Position numbers and translations under genes: made by a program. A DNA stretch of 64,000 nt from Candidatus Thalassarchaeum betae. GTDB lineage: Archaea; Thermoplasmatota; Poseidoniia; Poseidoniales; Thalassarchaeaceae. The stretch lies in the NCBI GenBank assembly GCA_003193925.1, contig PSPG01000006.1, positions 9,750 to 73,749 of the forward strand. The letters are read 5' to 3'. Below, piece by piece: positions 38,978-48,039 of this stretch (position 1 is its first letter; the number at the start of each line of letters is the position of its first letter). Under the pieces are notes generated by a model. That model did not search any database and had not been told where the DNA came from. It saw nothing but the letters and a program-made list of their open reading frames with translations.

Positions 38978-39949
38978 ATGCTGAGGCTCACTCGGCCCAC
39001 CATGGCGACTATCGACCTCGCCGAGCACTTCCTGCAGGCCACTGAGGCGGCTGCCGTCGCAGCCTCTGCTTGGAAGGGCATGGGAGACCGGAAGGCCGCC
39101 GACGGCGCGGCGGTCGAGGCCATGCGCGCTGTGTTCGACAAGGTCCCTTTCGACGGCCGAGTCGCCATCGGAGAGGGCGAGCGCGACGATGCTCCGATGC
39201 TGTGGATTGGCGAGCCTCTGGGCTCGATGCAGGGCGAGCCCGACGCACCGAGGATAGACATCGCCGTGGACCCGCTCGAGTGCACCAACCACGTCGCCCT
39301 AGACCTGCCCAACGCGATGGCCGTGCTGGCAGCCGCCCCCCGCGGCTGCCTGCTGCACGCACCCGACTGCTACATGGACAAGATAGCCGGACCGGCTGCT
39401 GTGGCAGGCGAGGTCAGCCTTGAGGCCGACGTCTCCTACAACGTCGAGGCCGCCTGCGCCGCTCTCGACAAGCCTTCTTCCGAGCTGCGCATCGTCGTCA
39501 TGGACAGGCCGCGGCACGAGCAGTTGATACGCGATCTGAAAGAGCACGACGTTGACATCGTACTCATTGGCGACGGTGACATCGCAGCCGCTCTCGACTC
39601 CGCCGACCCCAACTCCGACATCGACATGCTGATGGGAATCGGGGCGGCCCCCGAGGGAGTCATCACCGCTACAGCGCTGAGGGGATTGGACGCACCGTTC
39701 GAGGGACGACTCGTGTTCAAGAACGATGGTCACAGAGAGCGCGCCGAGAGTATGATCGACGGAGACGTCGACAGGATATGGGGGCGCGATGAACTCTGCT
39801 CATCGGATGATTCGGTGTTCATCGGCTCGGGCGTGTGCACCGGGCGGACAAGGGGGGTGGAGATCTTGGACGACGGTCGCGCCTCTGTGCATTCAGAGAT
39901 TATCGACGTGAACTCTGGCGAGCACACCTATGTATCCTCCGTGCGATGA
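38978..39949 (+). CDS. glpX: Fructose-1,6-bisphosphatase class II (GlpX type)
   Basis: N-terminal TEAAAVAASAWKGMGDRKAADGAAVEAMR and VAIGEGERDDAPML match GlpX-family FBPase II. Confidence 0.85.
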   Translation: MLRLTRPTMATIDLAEHFLQATEAAAVAASAWKGMGDRKAADGAAVEAMRAVFDKVPFDGRVAIGEGERDDAPMLWIGEPLGSMQGEPDAPRIDIAVDPLECTNHVALDLPNAMAVLAAAPRGCLLHAPDCYMDKIAGPAAVAGEVSLEADVSYNVEAACAALDKPSSELRIVVMDRPRHEQLIRDLKEHDVDIVLIGDGDIAAALDSADPNSDIDMLMGIGAAPEGVITATALRGLDAPFEGRLVFKNDGHRERAESMIDGDVDRIWGRDELCSSDDSVFIGSGVCTGRTRGVEILDDGRASVHSEIIDVNSGEHTYVSSVR

Positions 39950-39990
39950 GTTCTTCTCCATCCACTTGCACGTTCGCATGAGGCACTACT

Positions 39991-41010
39991 GTGGACACCG
40001 GATTGCTTGAGAGGGCCGCTAGCGAACTCGTGGCTCCCGGCAAGGGCGTCCTAGCAGCGGATGAGAGCAACGGCACGATGTCGAAGCGTCTGGCCGCCGT
40101 GGGGGTGGAGCCCTCGGCCGAGACCCGGAGGTCATACCGGGCCAACTTGCTTGCCACCGTCGGCTACGAGTCAGCTGTGGGAGGAGTGATACTGTTCGAC
40201 GAGACCATGCGGCAGAGCATGGATGACGGGACTTCCATTCCAGACGCCCTGATAGCCAGGGGGGTACACCCCGGAATCAAAGTCGACACCGGGGCCAAGG
40301 ACCTCGCACACCGCCCCGGTGAGAAGATCACAGAGGGCCTCGACGGCCTGCGCGAGCGCTGCTCTGAGTACTTCCAGATGGGCGCTCGCTTCGCCAAGTG
40401 GCGGGCGGTGATCAAGATTGGCGACGGGATACCGAGCGCTGCTTGCCTCTCGACCAACGCCCACGCGCTCGCGCGCTACGCCTCAATCTGCCAGGAGCAG
40501 GGCCTCGTACCCATCATCGAGCCCGAGGTCCTGATGGAGGGCTCGCACGACGCCCAGCGCTGCTACGACGTGACCGCTGAAATCCTCGATGCTACCTTCG
40601 CAGCCTGCGACGAGCAGGGAGTGCACATACCCGGTGCACTCCTCAAGCCGAACATGATCATAGCGGGGAATGACTGTGCGAACCAGATTTCCCGTGAGGA
40701 AGTGGCGAGAATGTCAGTCGACTGCCTGACCAACCACGTTCCTCACGACCTGCCGGGGGTCGTCTTCCTCTCAGGAGGGCAGTCGGACGAGGACGCCACG
40801 GCCCATCTCAACCTGATGAACCAGATAGGAGCCGGGCATCCCTGGCAACTCTCATACTCCTACGGCCGGGCGCTTCAGGCCCACGCTCTGAAGACTTGGG
40901 CTGAAGGAGGGGCCGACTCTTCGGCGGCCAGCCAAGACATGTTCGCACACAGGGCCAAGATGAACAGCCTCGCTCGAAGCGGTGACTGGAGCTTGGACCT
41001 CGAGGCCTAA
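39991..41010 (+). CDS. fba: Fructose-bisphosphate aldolase class I (eukaryotic-type)
   Basis: GKGVLAADESNGTMSKRL and the Lys Schiff-base region LLKPNM. Full length, about 339 aa. Confidence 0.88.
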   Translation: MDTGLLERAASELVAPGKGVLAADESNGTMSKRLAAVGVEPSAETRRSYRANLLATVGYESAVGGVILFDETMRQSMDDGTSIPDALIARGVHPGIKVDTGAKDLAHRPGEKITEGLDGLRERCSEYFQMGARFAKWRAVIKIGDGIPSAACLSTNAHALARYASICQEQGLVPIIEPEVLMEGSHDAQRCYDVTAEILDATFAACDEQGVHIPGALLKPNMIIAGNDCANQISREEVARMSVDCLTNHVPHDLPGVVFLSGGQSDEDATAHLNLMNQIGAGHPWQLSYSYGRALQAHALKTWAEGGADSSAASQDMFAHRAKMNSLARSGDWSLDLEA

Positions 41011-41280
41011 TCAGTTTTCGTCCAAGGCACCGGGCCTCAGTTGCCAAACGCATATCTCGTAGCGGCCGGAGAGCGCGCCGCCGCGCTTGGTTGTTGCGAC
41101 CTTCATGATGTCCTTGTCCTTGGAGAGGACGTTGCCCAGTTGTTGGGGGGTGGTTCCGTGGCGCATCGTCGAGTTGACGTGCTCGAGTATCTCGGTGGTG
41201 TTCGCCTCTCCCCTCACATCCAGGAATTTCTTAATCTTCTGTCGTAGTCTTGTCGTCCTCATGGCATATCTCTCCTTCAC
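41011..41280 (-). CDS. Small winged-helix-like protein (paralogue of the upstream ORF)
   Basis: 89 aa. The EANTTEILEHVNS...IMKVATTKRGG...CVWQL pattern parallels the adjacent 116-aa ORF, and the two overlap by 4 nt (ATGA). Confidence 0.5.
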   Translation of the reverse strand: MKERYAMRTTRLRQKIKKFLDVRGEANTTEILEHVNSTMRHGTTPQQLGNVLSKDKDIMKVATTKRGGALSGRYEICVWQLRPGALDEN

Positions 41281-41627
41281 TTCTTGTCGGGCTTCGCACG
41301 CTCATGGTGCCTAACCCACTTCTCGGTGGCCCACTCCGAGAGGGGGGGCGCGCTGCCGGTCATGCCGCTTCTGCGAACCGTGCCGATGCGAACGATCGAA
41401 CTGTCAGACTCCAGAAGAGCCGCGACGTCAGCACCCTTGGCTTCGTCATCGTGGCGATTCAGCCAAACTGCGATTTCCGCTGTGTTGCGTGGCCGCTCTG
41501 AGAGGTAATTTCGGACAATTTCCCGGACTCTCTCCGCGCCCATCTCTCCCCGCTCCAACACGATATCAGAACCGGCGACCGGTCCGATGGGCGTAGGGTG
41601 GCGGGCGCTGATATAACCGTTCTGCAC
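41277..41627 (-). CDS. Small winged-helix-like protein
   Basis: 116 aa with ERPRNTAEIAVWLN...IVRIGTVRRSGM...SEW; paralogous to the downstream 89-aa ORF. Confidence 0.5.
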   Translation of the reverse strand: MQNGYISARHPTPIGPVAGSDIVLERGEMGAERVREIVRNYLSERPRNTAEIAVWLNRHDDEAKGADVAALLESDSSIVRIGTVRRSGMTGSAPPLSEWATEKWVRHHERAKPDKK

Positions 41628-41801
41628 GAAATCACTCTTCTTCGTTACACATAGTTGCGAGAATATGGCGTGTTTTCAGGTCAGTAGTAGGTGTAGAAAT
41701 GAAACTGGCACATTCTCTATAGGAAATATGTAATTAAATGTAACGAAATAGGATAATTTATTACATCGACCTTAGGTAGTTGTATTCGGAGGTGGTCAGT
41801 A
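41628..41801. promoter_or_regulatory. AT-rich divergent promoter region (about 35% GC) with direct ATGTAA repeats, a TATA-like box and an RBS
   Basis: TGTAATTAAATGTAACG and TAATTTATTAC sit between divergent genes, and GGAGGTG lies 8 nt before the ATG at 41802. The composition contrasts sharply with the flanking 62% GC. Confidence 0.5.
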
Positions 41802-44423
41802 ATGCCAAATGATACGCCTGAGGCCCAGAAACACGGTTCCGATACCACACCGCGAAAAATCCGGAGCATGCATCGCAGGCGCCTCCTGAATCGTCTTACT
41901 GAAGGAGGCGGCACGGTCAGCGTCCTCGCACGCGAGGTCGGGCTCAGGGTCCCACACGCCTCAGCCGAACTAAGACGGATGAGAAACGATGGACTGGTCG
42001 CCAGCGACCTGTCTGCAGGAAGCCGTGGTGCAAGGATCCACCTGACCGAATCGGGATGGGAGTCGGTGAGGGATGACGAGTTGGCCAGGGCCACCGAGGC
42101 CTTGCCTCTGCCGGATGACACCAGCATGTGCTGTCTGCTGGCTCGTGACGGACCCAACCTCCTGCTGGGTGTTATGGAGCCAACTGACTCCCCATTGCTG
42201 CTGATTCCGGACCGCCCTCCGAGCCCCGTCGGCGACGACTCGTCGTCCACCGGAAGCGATGGGGTACCTTGGAGTTGGGCCGTGCTGAGGGAGAGGAATC
42301 CGAGGTGGTTCGACCTCTCCTCAATGGAGGTGAAGCCTGCCCCCCCTCCCTCCTCTGATCCAGAGAGCATAGCGGCCTACGCAGGTGAACGGACAGTGAT
42401 CGGGATTATCCGGGCTCGCCTGCTGGACTCGGAGCGACCCGTCGCAATAGCCCCTGGTCAGTGGTTCGGCACTCCGAGCTTCCGACCGGCGCCACCACTG
42501 CCCGAGAGCAGTTATCACAGGGGCCAGTGGGTGCTGGGCGCTTGTCACGAGCTCTCTCCGCATGTTCGACCCAAGGATCCGATTGCCGCAGTTATGGAGG
42601 AGAGACTGCCCCGCACAATGCTGCTGCGGACTGCGAGGGCCAACTCGCTGGTCATCGCCGACCTCGGCGGCCTCGACGCCGAGGGCGACGCCTATCCACT
42701 GTCCGCGCTCGATTTCTGGATTGAGCGGGCCCACCCGCGTCTGACCGACGCCGAGCGACGCAAGCGGGTGCAGGCCCTGCGCGACCGAGTCAGCGCGACG
42801 CGCAGGGTGCGGACCGACGACTCGACCTGGCGTCGCTTCAGGAGGGACTGGGGCGAGTCGGTGTTCACCGACGACGAGGACGCCATTAGGATCCTCGACC
42901 TGAGGGGCTTGGGCGGCTCATCGGGCGAGGCGCTCGTGCGATGGGCGCTCAACGACGAGGAGCGCCCCCCGATGGTCCTCGAAGTCAGCGATGACCTGCC
43001 TGACGACCTGGTGTCTTCGATCATCTCCCACTCCAATCTGCGGCTGGCACTCCTCGAGAGGGACACCCCCGCATTCGCATCCCTCGACAGGCTGGTGGCC
43101 GACCCACTGAGGCCTCTGCCTTGGCTGCAACTCTCGACTAGGGGAGGCAGGATCCTGCCCATTCGCCTCATGGACCCGATGCAGACTCCAATGTTCATCG
43201 CCTTGGATGACCCTGCCCCGTCCCCATGGGCCTCCCTGGGCATCGAGCTGGATGAGCCGGCAGAACTGGACGAGGGCCACCTGTCGGTGATCAACTCGGC
43301 AATCTCGCAGCACCCGAACGGCAGCGAGGAGTGGGCCAATCAGATGGAGGCCAGATACCCGATCGCCGCTTGGATTGCGTCACCCCCACGAACTAGATGG
43401 CCGCGGTGGCAGCGACTCCGGGACCGACTGAGTTCCGAATGGCTGGTCCTCATGGATCTCGACAACCTGCCATTGGAGAGGCTCTCGGAGGTCGCCGAGG
43501 AGGCTCCCGACTCGGTACTCGCCGAGTTTTCCAGCAAGTTGACTCTGAAGTTCAGGGAGGATTCGGAGACTGCCCTTCGAGCCAGACCGGCCACCGATCC
43601 CAAGGACGCGTCTCGCGGGGCGGCTTGGGTCGCAACCCAACTACTGTCAAACGCCCCCTGGCTGCCTGAGCACATGCACGCAGACCTCCTGCGTTGGTCA
43701 CTCGAGGCATGGCTATCCCACCCTCCCCTGCACTCCCTGCAGGCTCTCGAGGGAGTCGCGTGGCTCTACTCCTCCGGCAGGAATGACGATGCCAGTTTCC
43801 GGCCGATACTCGAGGGGATACGCAGCAGGGGGCGGGAGATGCCGAAGGGTCACGACCTGAACACATGGGCCAGGCTCGTGGACAGGGTGCTCGAAGGGAG
43901 CGAACTCGATTTGGAGGAGTTGGAGAGGACCGCCAGCGTCCTCCCGACTGGATGGTGGGCACCAATCTCTCCTGAGATTCTAGTCATCCTCTTGAGGGAA
44001 GAGGAGTCCACTGACTGGCTCATCTTGAACCCACTTCCCTGGTGCGCGGCAGTCCTACGCCCCGTCGGTGAGGAGTGCCAGGCCCCCGGGTTGCGTTCCT
44101 ACACGCACCCCGGATGCGACCCCGAGATCCACTCCTTGCTCATTCGCAGGCTCCGTGGGAGGCGCGAGCGCGAGGGCCTGCCCGACAGCGCTGCGCCCTT
44201 GCTCGACCTGATGGAGGCGCTCGACGCCATCAACGAAGGGAGGGCCCCCCGTCCAGGCAGGACCCATCCGCTCTCGGGATGGCTGGCTCAGCCTGTCGAG
44301 AAGTGGCCCAAGTTCTCCGCCAGCGTCGCATTGGACGGCGATGCTGAGATCGCCGAGAGACTGCTGCTCCGAAGCTCGGGTTATCACACAGGAATAGTCT
44401 CCTCCACTTCGATTTCGGGCTGA
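41802..44423 (+). CDS. Large (873 aa) hypothetical protein with an N-terminal winged-HTH; Trp/Arg/Leu-rich
   Basis: Residues about 20-75 (RRRLLNRLTEGGGTVSVLAREVGLRVPHASAELRRMRNDGLV) resemble an ArsR/MarR-type wHTH. The remaining roughly 800 aa have no recognisable domain and carry many Trp residues. Confidence 0.6.
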   Translation: MPNDTPEAQKHGSDTTPRKIRSMHRRRLLNRLTEGGGTVSVLAREVGLRVPHASAELRRMRNDGLVASDLSAGSRGARIHLTESGWESVRDDELARATEALPLPDDTSMCCLLARDGPNLLLGVMEPTDSPLLLIPDRPPSPVGDDSSSTGSDGVPWSWAVLRERNPRWFDLSSMEVKPAPPPSSDPESIAAYAGERTVIGIIRARLLDSERPVAIAPGQWFGTPSFRPAPPLPESSYHRGQWVLGACHELSPHVRPKDPIAAVMEERLPRTMLLRTARANSLVIADLGGLDAEGDAYPLSALDFWIERAHPRLTDAERRKRVQALRDRVSATRRVRTDDSTWRRFRRDWGESVFTDDEDAIRILDLRGLGGSSGEALVRWALNDEERPPMVLEVSDDLPDDLVSSIISHSNLRLALLERDTPAFASLDRLVADPLRPLPWLQLSTRGGRILPIRLMDPMQTPMFIALDDPAPSPWASLGIELDEPAELDEGHLSVINSAISQHPNGSEEWANQMEARYPIAAWIASPPRTRWPRWQRLRDRLSSEWLVLMDLDNLPLERLSEVAEEAPDSVLAEFSSKLTLKFREDSETALRARPATDPKDASRGAAWVATQLLSNAPWLPEHMHADLLRWSLEAWLSHPPLHSLQALEGVAWLYSSGRNDDASFRPILEGIRSRGREMPKGHDLNTWARLVDRVLEGSELDLEELERTASVLPTGWWAPISPEILVILLREEESTDWLILNPLPWCAAVLRPVGEECQAPGLRSYTHPGCDPEIHSLLIRRLRGRREREGLPDSAAPLLDLMEALDAINEGRAPRPGRTHPLSGWLAQPVEKWPKFSASVALDGDAEIAERLLLRSSGYHTGIVSSTSISG

Positions 44424-44786
44424 AAGCCCGCAATATACCAACCGAGGGGTTCTTGACCACCTCCGGTGGCCGATGTACTCCCGAGCTGCAACACCGTGGC
44501 GACGAAGCCCCCCGCTGGAGGAATAGGATGAATCACGGTACCAAGTTCGGGTCGCCACTTGTCGAAGACCAGTGTGACCAGCTGCAATGGAATGATCACT
44601 GGAGCAAAGCAAGTGGCCGGATTGTGTTAGGTCCCCGGATGACCGGAAGGAATGAATCAAGGGACTACCCTACAATCCGACAGACGTCCCGGGGTGGGTC
44701 AGGCGCCTGAGCCAAGCTGTGAAGGCCGCCGTTACGCCCCGGGGCACACATTTCAACCCGGAGCAAGAAACGAGGTGGGAATTCGA

Positions 44787-45803
44787 ATGCACAGCGTCGG
44801 TCTGATCGGCGGCACATTCGACCGCTTCCATGCCGGCCACCTGTCCCTGCTCCAAAGCGGCCTCTCGGAATGCTCCTCGCTGGAGGTCTGGCTGACCTCC
44901 GATGCGGCAACCGGAACGAAGGATCCGCGCATCAATCCGTGGGAGACTCGCGCCGGTGAGATGAGGGAAGCGCTCGGGCAGGATGCAGAAAGGGTCAGCA
45001 TGCATGTCCTTGAGGACAACCACGGACCAGCTTCGACTCACACCGACGCCTCCGCTATCGTCTGCACTGCAGAGACCCGTCCGGAGTGCGAGATAATCAA
45101 TCGGATGAGGGGCGACAACGGGCTGGACGAACTGGCAATCATTGAGGCCGAGCACGTCCTCGCTTGGGACGGCGATCCGATTTCGAGCACGAGAATCAGG
45201 AACGGCGAGATCGACCGCGAGGGACTGCCTTGGATTCCGGACTCGGTCAGAGAGGGCAGAATAATACTGACTCCGGAGGTCGAGGCAGAGCTCAAGGAGC
45301 CGTTCGGCCTATTGGTGCCGGGCCCAGAGGACGACCCTTCCGTAGCCATGTCCGAGGTACTTGCCCATACTGAATGGGAGTGGGGCCCGATCATCGCCGT
45401 CGGGGATGTGACTGTCCGCGCATTGCAGGACCTCGGCCGTCCAGCTGACATCGCTCTGGTCGACGGGCGCACTAGGAGGGAGCCTTGGGAGGGCGCCGAG
45501 GGGCTCGATCCCTCGGCCTACGATGGGGTGTTGCATTGCGAGAGCCCCGCTGGCTCCCTCACCCCCTCCTTATTGGAAGCCTGCGAGCACGCCGTGTCCT
45601 CTTGGATGGAAAGCCGAGCGACCCATCTCATTGAAGTCGACGGCGAGGAGGACCTAGCTCCTCTGCTCCTGCATCCTCTCGCCCCGCTTGATTCGGTAGT
45701 GCTCTACGGCCAGCCTGGCAAAGGCGTCGTCGTCAGGTGGTGCAGCGAGGAAGCCAAGCAGCGCTGCCGCAGGCTGCTGAGCGGTTTTAAGCCGGCCGAT
45801 TGA
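44787..45803 (+). CDS. Bifunctional phosphopantetheine adenylyltransferase (archaeal PPAT) fused to a DUF359-type GTP-dependent dephospho-CoA kinase
   Basis: N-terminal GLIGGTFDRFHAGH (cytidylyltransferase HxGH motif). The C-terminal half has GDVTVRALQDLGRPADIALVDGRTRRE, characteristic of the DUF359/UPF0218 DPCK family. Confidence 0.7.
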   Translation: MHSVGLIGGTFDRFHAGHLSLLQSGLSECSSLEVWLTSDAATGTKDPRINPWETRAGEMREALGQDAERVSMHVLEDNHGPASTHTDASAIVCTAETRPECEIINRMRGDNGLDELAIIEAEHVLAWDGDPISSTRIRNGEIDREGLPWIPDSVREGRIILTPEVEAELKEPFGLLVPGPEDDPSVAMSEVLAHTEWEWGPIIAVGDVTVRALQDLGRPADIALVDGRTRREPWEGAEGLDPSAYDGVLHCESPAGSLTPSLLEACEHAVSSWMESRATHLIEVDGEEDLAPLLLHPLAPLDSVVLYGQPGKGVVVRWCSEEAKQRCRRLLSGFKPAD

Positions 45804-45804
45804 G

Positions 45805-46344
45805 TCAGGACTCGGCATCGGCCATCGCGTGGATGCCGAAGCCGAATGCGACGAACACGATCATCACAGCGTAGACGCCAGGGTCGACCCAGGTGGTGTT
45901 CACAGCACTCCAGTACAGGTAGAACGTCACGCCCAGCACGATGAGCCAGCTGGCCAGAGTCCTGCTCGCGCCTCCCTCGGAAGAGAACAGGCTGGAGACG
46001 ACTGGACGCTGCGGGATGCCTCGGGCCCAGACCCCGACTCCACCGTCGACTGCCTTGCCCATGCCCATGCTGCCCAAGGCTAGCAGCGCTATCCCGAGCA
46101 GGCCGAAGACCGCATCGTCAAGTACGAAGGACGAACCATCGTGCGCGATGTATGATAAATCGACGCCGTGGTTACCGCCGATGAATCCGATCCACAGCAC
46201 CTTGAATCCGGGGGAGTAGGCTCCGGATAACAGATTGACGACGGTCAGAGCAACGACCCAGACGCCGAGCACTATCGCAGCGCCCGATGCGGTGCCGCTG
46301 GGGCGGGTCAGAGCATCGCCCCACTCCGAATCTGCCATGGACAT
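45805..46344 (-). CDS. Hypothetical integral membrane protein (4 TM)
   Basis: 179 aa, hydrophobic, with GFIGGNHG and LGSMGMGKAVDGG loops. Confidence 0.5.
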   Translation of the reverse strand: MSMADSEWGDALTRPSGTASGAAIVLGVWVVALTVVNLLSGAYSPGFKVLWIGFIGGNHGVDLSYIAHDGSSFVLDDAVFGLLGIALLALGSMGMGKAVDGGVGVWARGIPQRPVVSSLFSSEGGASRTLASWLIVLGVTFYLYWSAVNTTWVDPGVYAVMIVFVAFGFGIHAMADAES

Positions 46345-46399
46345 CGGGCCGGCGACCTTCCCTTTCGGTATAACGATTGTCTGAGGGCAGACGAGACTC

Positions 46400-47638
46400 T
46401 CAGAGTTGGCCCTGCAGGTTGTACCTGCCTAGAGCCGCCTCGCCGATCAGCGGCTCGCTCTCACCCATTGTGCTGATGGCGTCTATCGCCTTGGGGATGG
46501 CCGAGTTGACCTGCTTGCTCCTGCCACCTCGGCCCTTGCTCACGTTCCTAGCCATAATCAGGCCGAGCGTGTCGAGTTCGTTCAGCAGGGAGGAGATTCT
46601 CCGGGGGGTCAGAGGCTCGAAGCCGATTTTCATGCACGCGTCCGCGTAAGTCCGGTAGATCTCGCCAGTCGAGATGTTTCTCAGGCCATTCTCCTCGTTC
46701 AACTTGATCGCAAACAGCACTAGCTTCTGATGCAATGGCAGCGTCTTCAGGACAGGCGTCACCTGGTCGTACTCCAGTTGGCTCTGCGCTAATCTCACAT
46801 GTCTGGGGTCGACCTTCACCTGGGCCCTCTGCTCCGCCTTCTGAACAGAGATGCGCAGAAGGTCGAGCGCCCTACGCGCGTCGCCATGTTCCTGGGCTGC
46901 CAAGGCCGCGCACAACTCGAGCACGCCTCCCTCCAACACGTCATCGCGCAGGCCGGTCTCGACGCGCTCGCTCAGGATGTCCTGTATCTCGGGGGCCCCG
47001 TATGGGTGGAAGACGAGGTCCTCCTGACTCAGTCTCGAACTGACCCTGGGGCCAAGTTGCTGAGTGAAGTTGAGGTCGTTGCTGATGCCGATGATGCAGC
47101 ATCGGCCATTCCTCAGAACGGTGTTGAGGCTGGTGAGGTTGTACAGCAGGTCGTCGCCAGCGCGGGCGACAAGATTGTCGATCTCGTCGAGCACGATTAT
47201 GTGGACTCCACCAGCCCTGTCCATCCTGTAGATCAGTGTCTCGAGGACCCTGTCGGTGGGCCAGCCAGTGAAGGGGATGGGTGTGTCCCCCCGCCTGGAT
47301 AGTTGCGATGCGATGGTCTGGACCACGCGATACTTGGTGTCGACGTTGCGGCAGTTTATCTCGTAAGTCTGGACGGGCTGCCCCATCTCAACTCCCTTGT
47401 CGAGGAGTTGTCCGAGCACGAACCTCGTGACCACAGTCTTGCCCGATCCGGGCACCCCGTAGAGCAGCATGTTAGAGGGGATGTGGCCGTTTAGGGCATC
47501 GACCAAATTTCTAACCAAGGACTCGATCTCGTGGTCGCGGTGGGGGAGGTTGGAAGGCTCGAAAGCGTGGTCGAAAGCCTTCCTGTCGATGAAGAGACTA
47601 TCTTGCCCTAGGATTTTCTCGAAAATGTTTCCGTCCAT
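46400..47638 (-). CDS. orc1: Orc1/Cdc6 replication initiator
   Basis: AAA+ Walker A LYGVPGSGKT, Walker B IIVLDEID, and a C-terminal winged helix (TGEIY..Y). Confidence 0.95.
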   Translation of the reverse strand: MDGNIFEKILGQDSLFIDRKAFDHAFEPSNLPHRDHEIESLVRNLVDALNGHIPSNMLLYGVPGSGKTVVTRFVLGQLLDKGVEMGQPVQTYEINCRNVDTKYRVVQTIASQLSRRGDTPIPFTGWPTDRVLETLIYRMDRAGGVHIIVLDEIDNLVARAGDDLLYNLTSLNTVLRNGRCCIIGISNDLNFTQQLGPRVSSRLSQEDLVFHPYGAPEIQDILSERVETGLRDDVLEGGVLELCAALAAQEHGDARRALDLLRISVQKAEQRAQVKVDPRHVRLAQSQLEYDQVTPVLKTLPLHQKLVLFAIKLNEENGLRNISTGEIYRTYADACMKIGFEPLTPRRISSLLNELDTLGLIMARNVSKGRGGRSKQVNSAIPKAIDAISTMGESEPLIGEAALGRYNLQGQL

Positions 47639-48039
47639 TTTCTTCCACCACGGGCCAAGGCGCGTCTCCTGCCTCCCATCTTACTCCACAGGAGTAGGTG
47701 CCGGCCAACGCGGATTCTCACCGAGGCCGTCAGAGGTAATAAGACTGTCCGAGTTAATTCGTCGGCGACTTGAATTCTCTCTCTCTGAGAGGCCCCATAT
47801 ATATGAGTTGCCACCGACGCTACAGCCCTACTTAATTTACACTCAGTACATCGATTGTGCACATCTTTAAGCAGTGTGAAAAATACATCGTCTGCTTCGT
47901 TCCTAACCTCTCCTCGATCTGAATGGATTCACCTCCAATCACAGCTCGTCGCCACGGTCGGAGAGCCCTTCTGAGACGCCTCGATGCCACGCAATTCCAT
48001 GGCTATGGTGGTGGCCAATATAAACTAAGATAATTTATC
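47639..48039. promoter_or_regulatory. Candidate replication origin / orc1 upstream region
   Basis: A 400-bp non-coding gap in a tightly packed genome, immediately upstream of orc1. It has several AT-rich blocks (CATATATATGA, CTTAATTTACA, GTGTGAAAAATACA, AATATAAACTAAGATAATTTATCTCAAGAATTAATATC) and an ORB-like TCCACAGGAG element at 47686. Confidence 0.45.

Noticed and set aside
44424-44786. Possible SRP RNA or RNase P RNA in the long spacer
   Set aside because: Conserved helix-8 (GNAR tetraloop with symmetric loop) and P4/CR-I motifs could not be matched beyond short chance-level strings. Reported only as a low-interest region.
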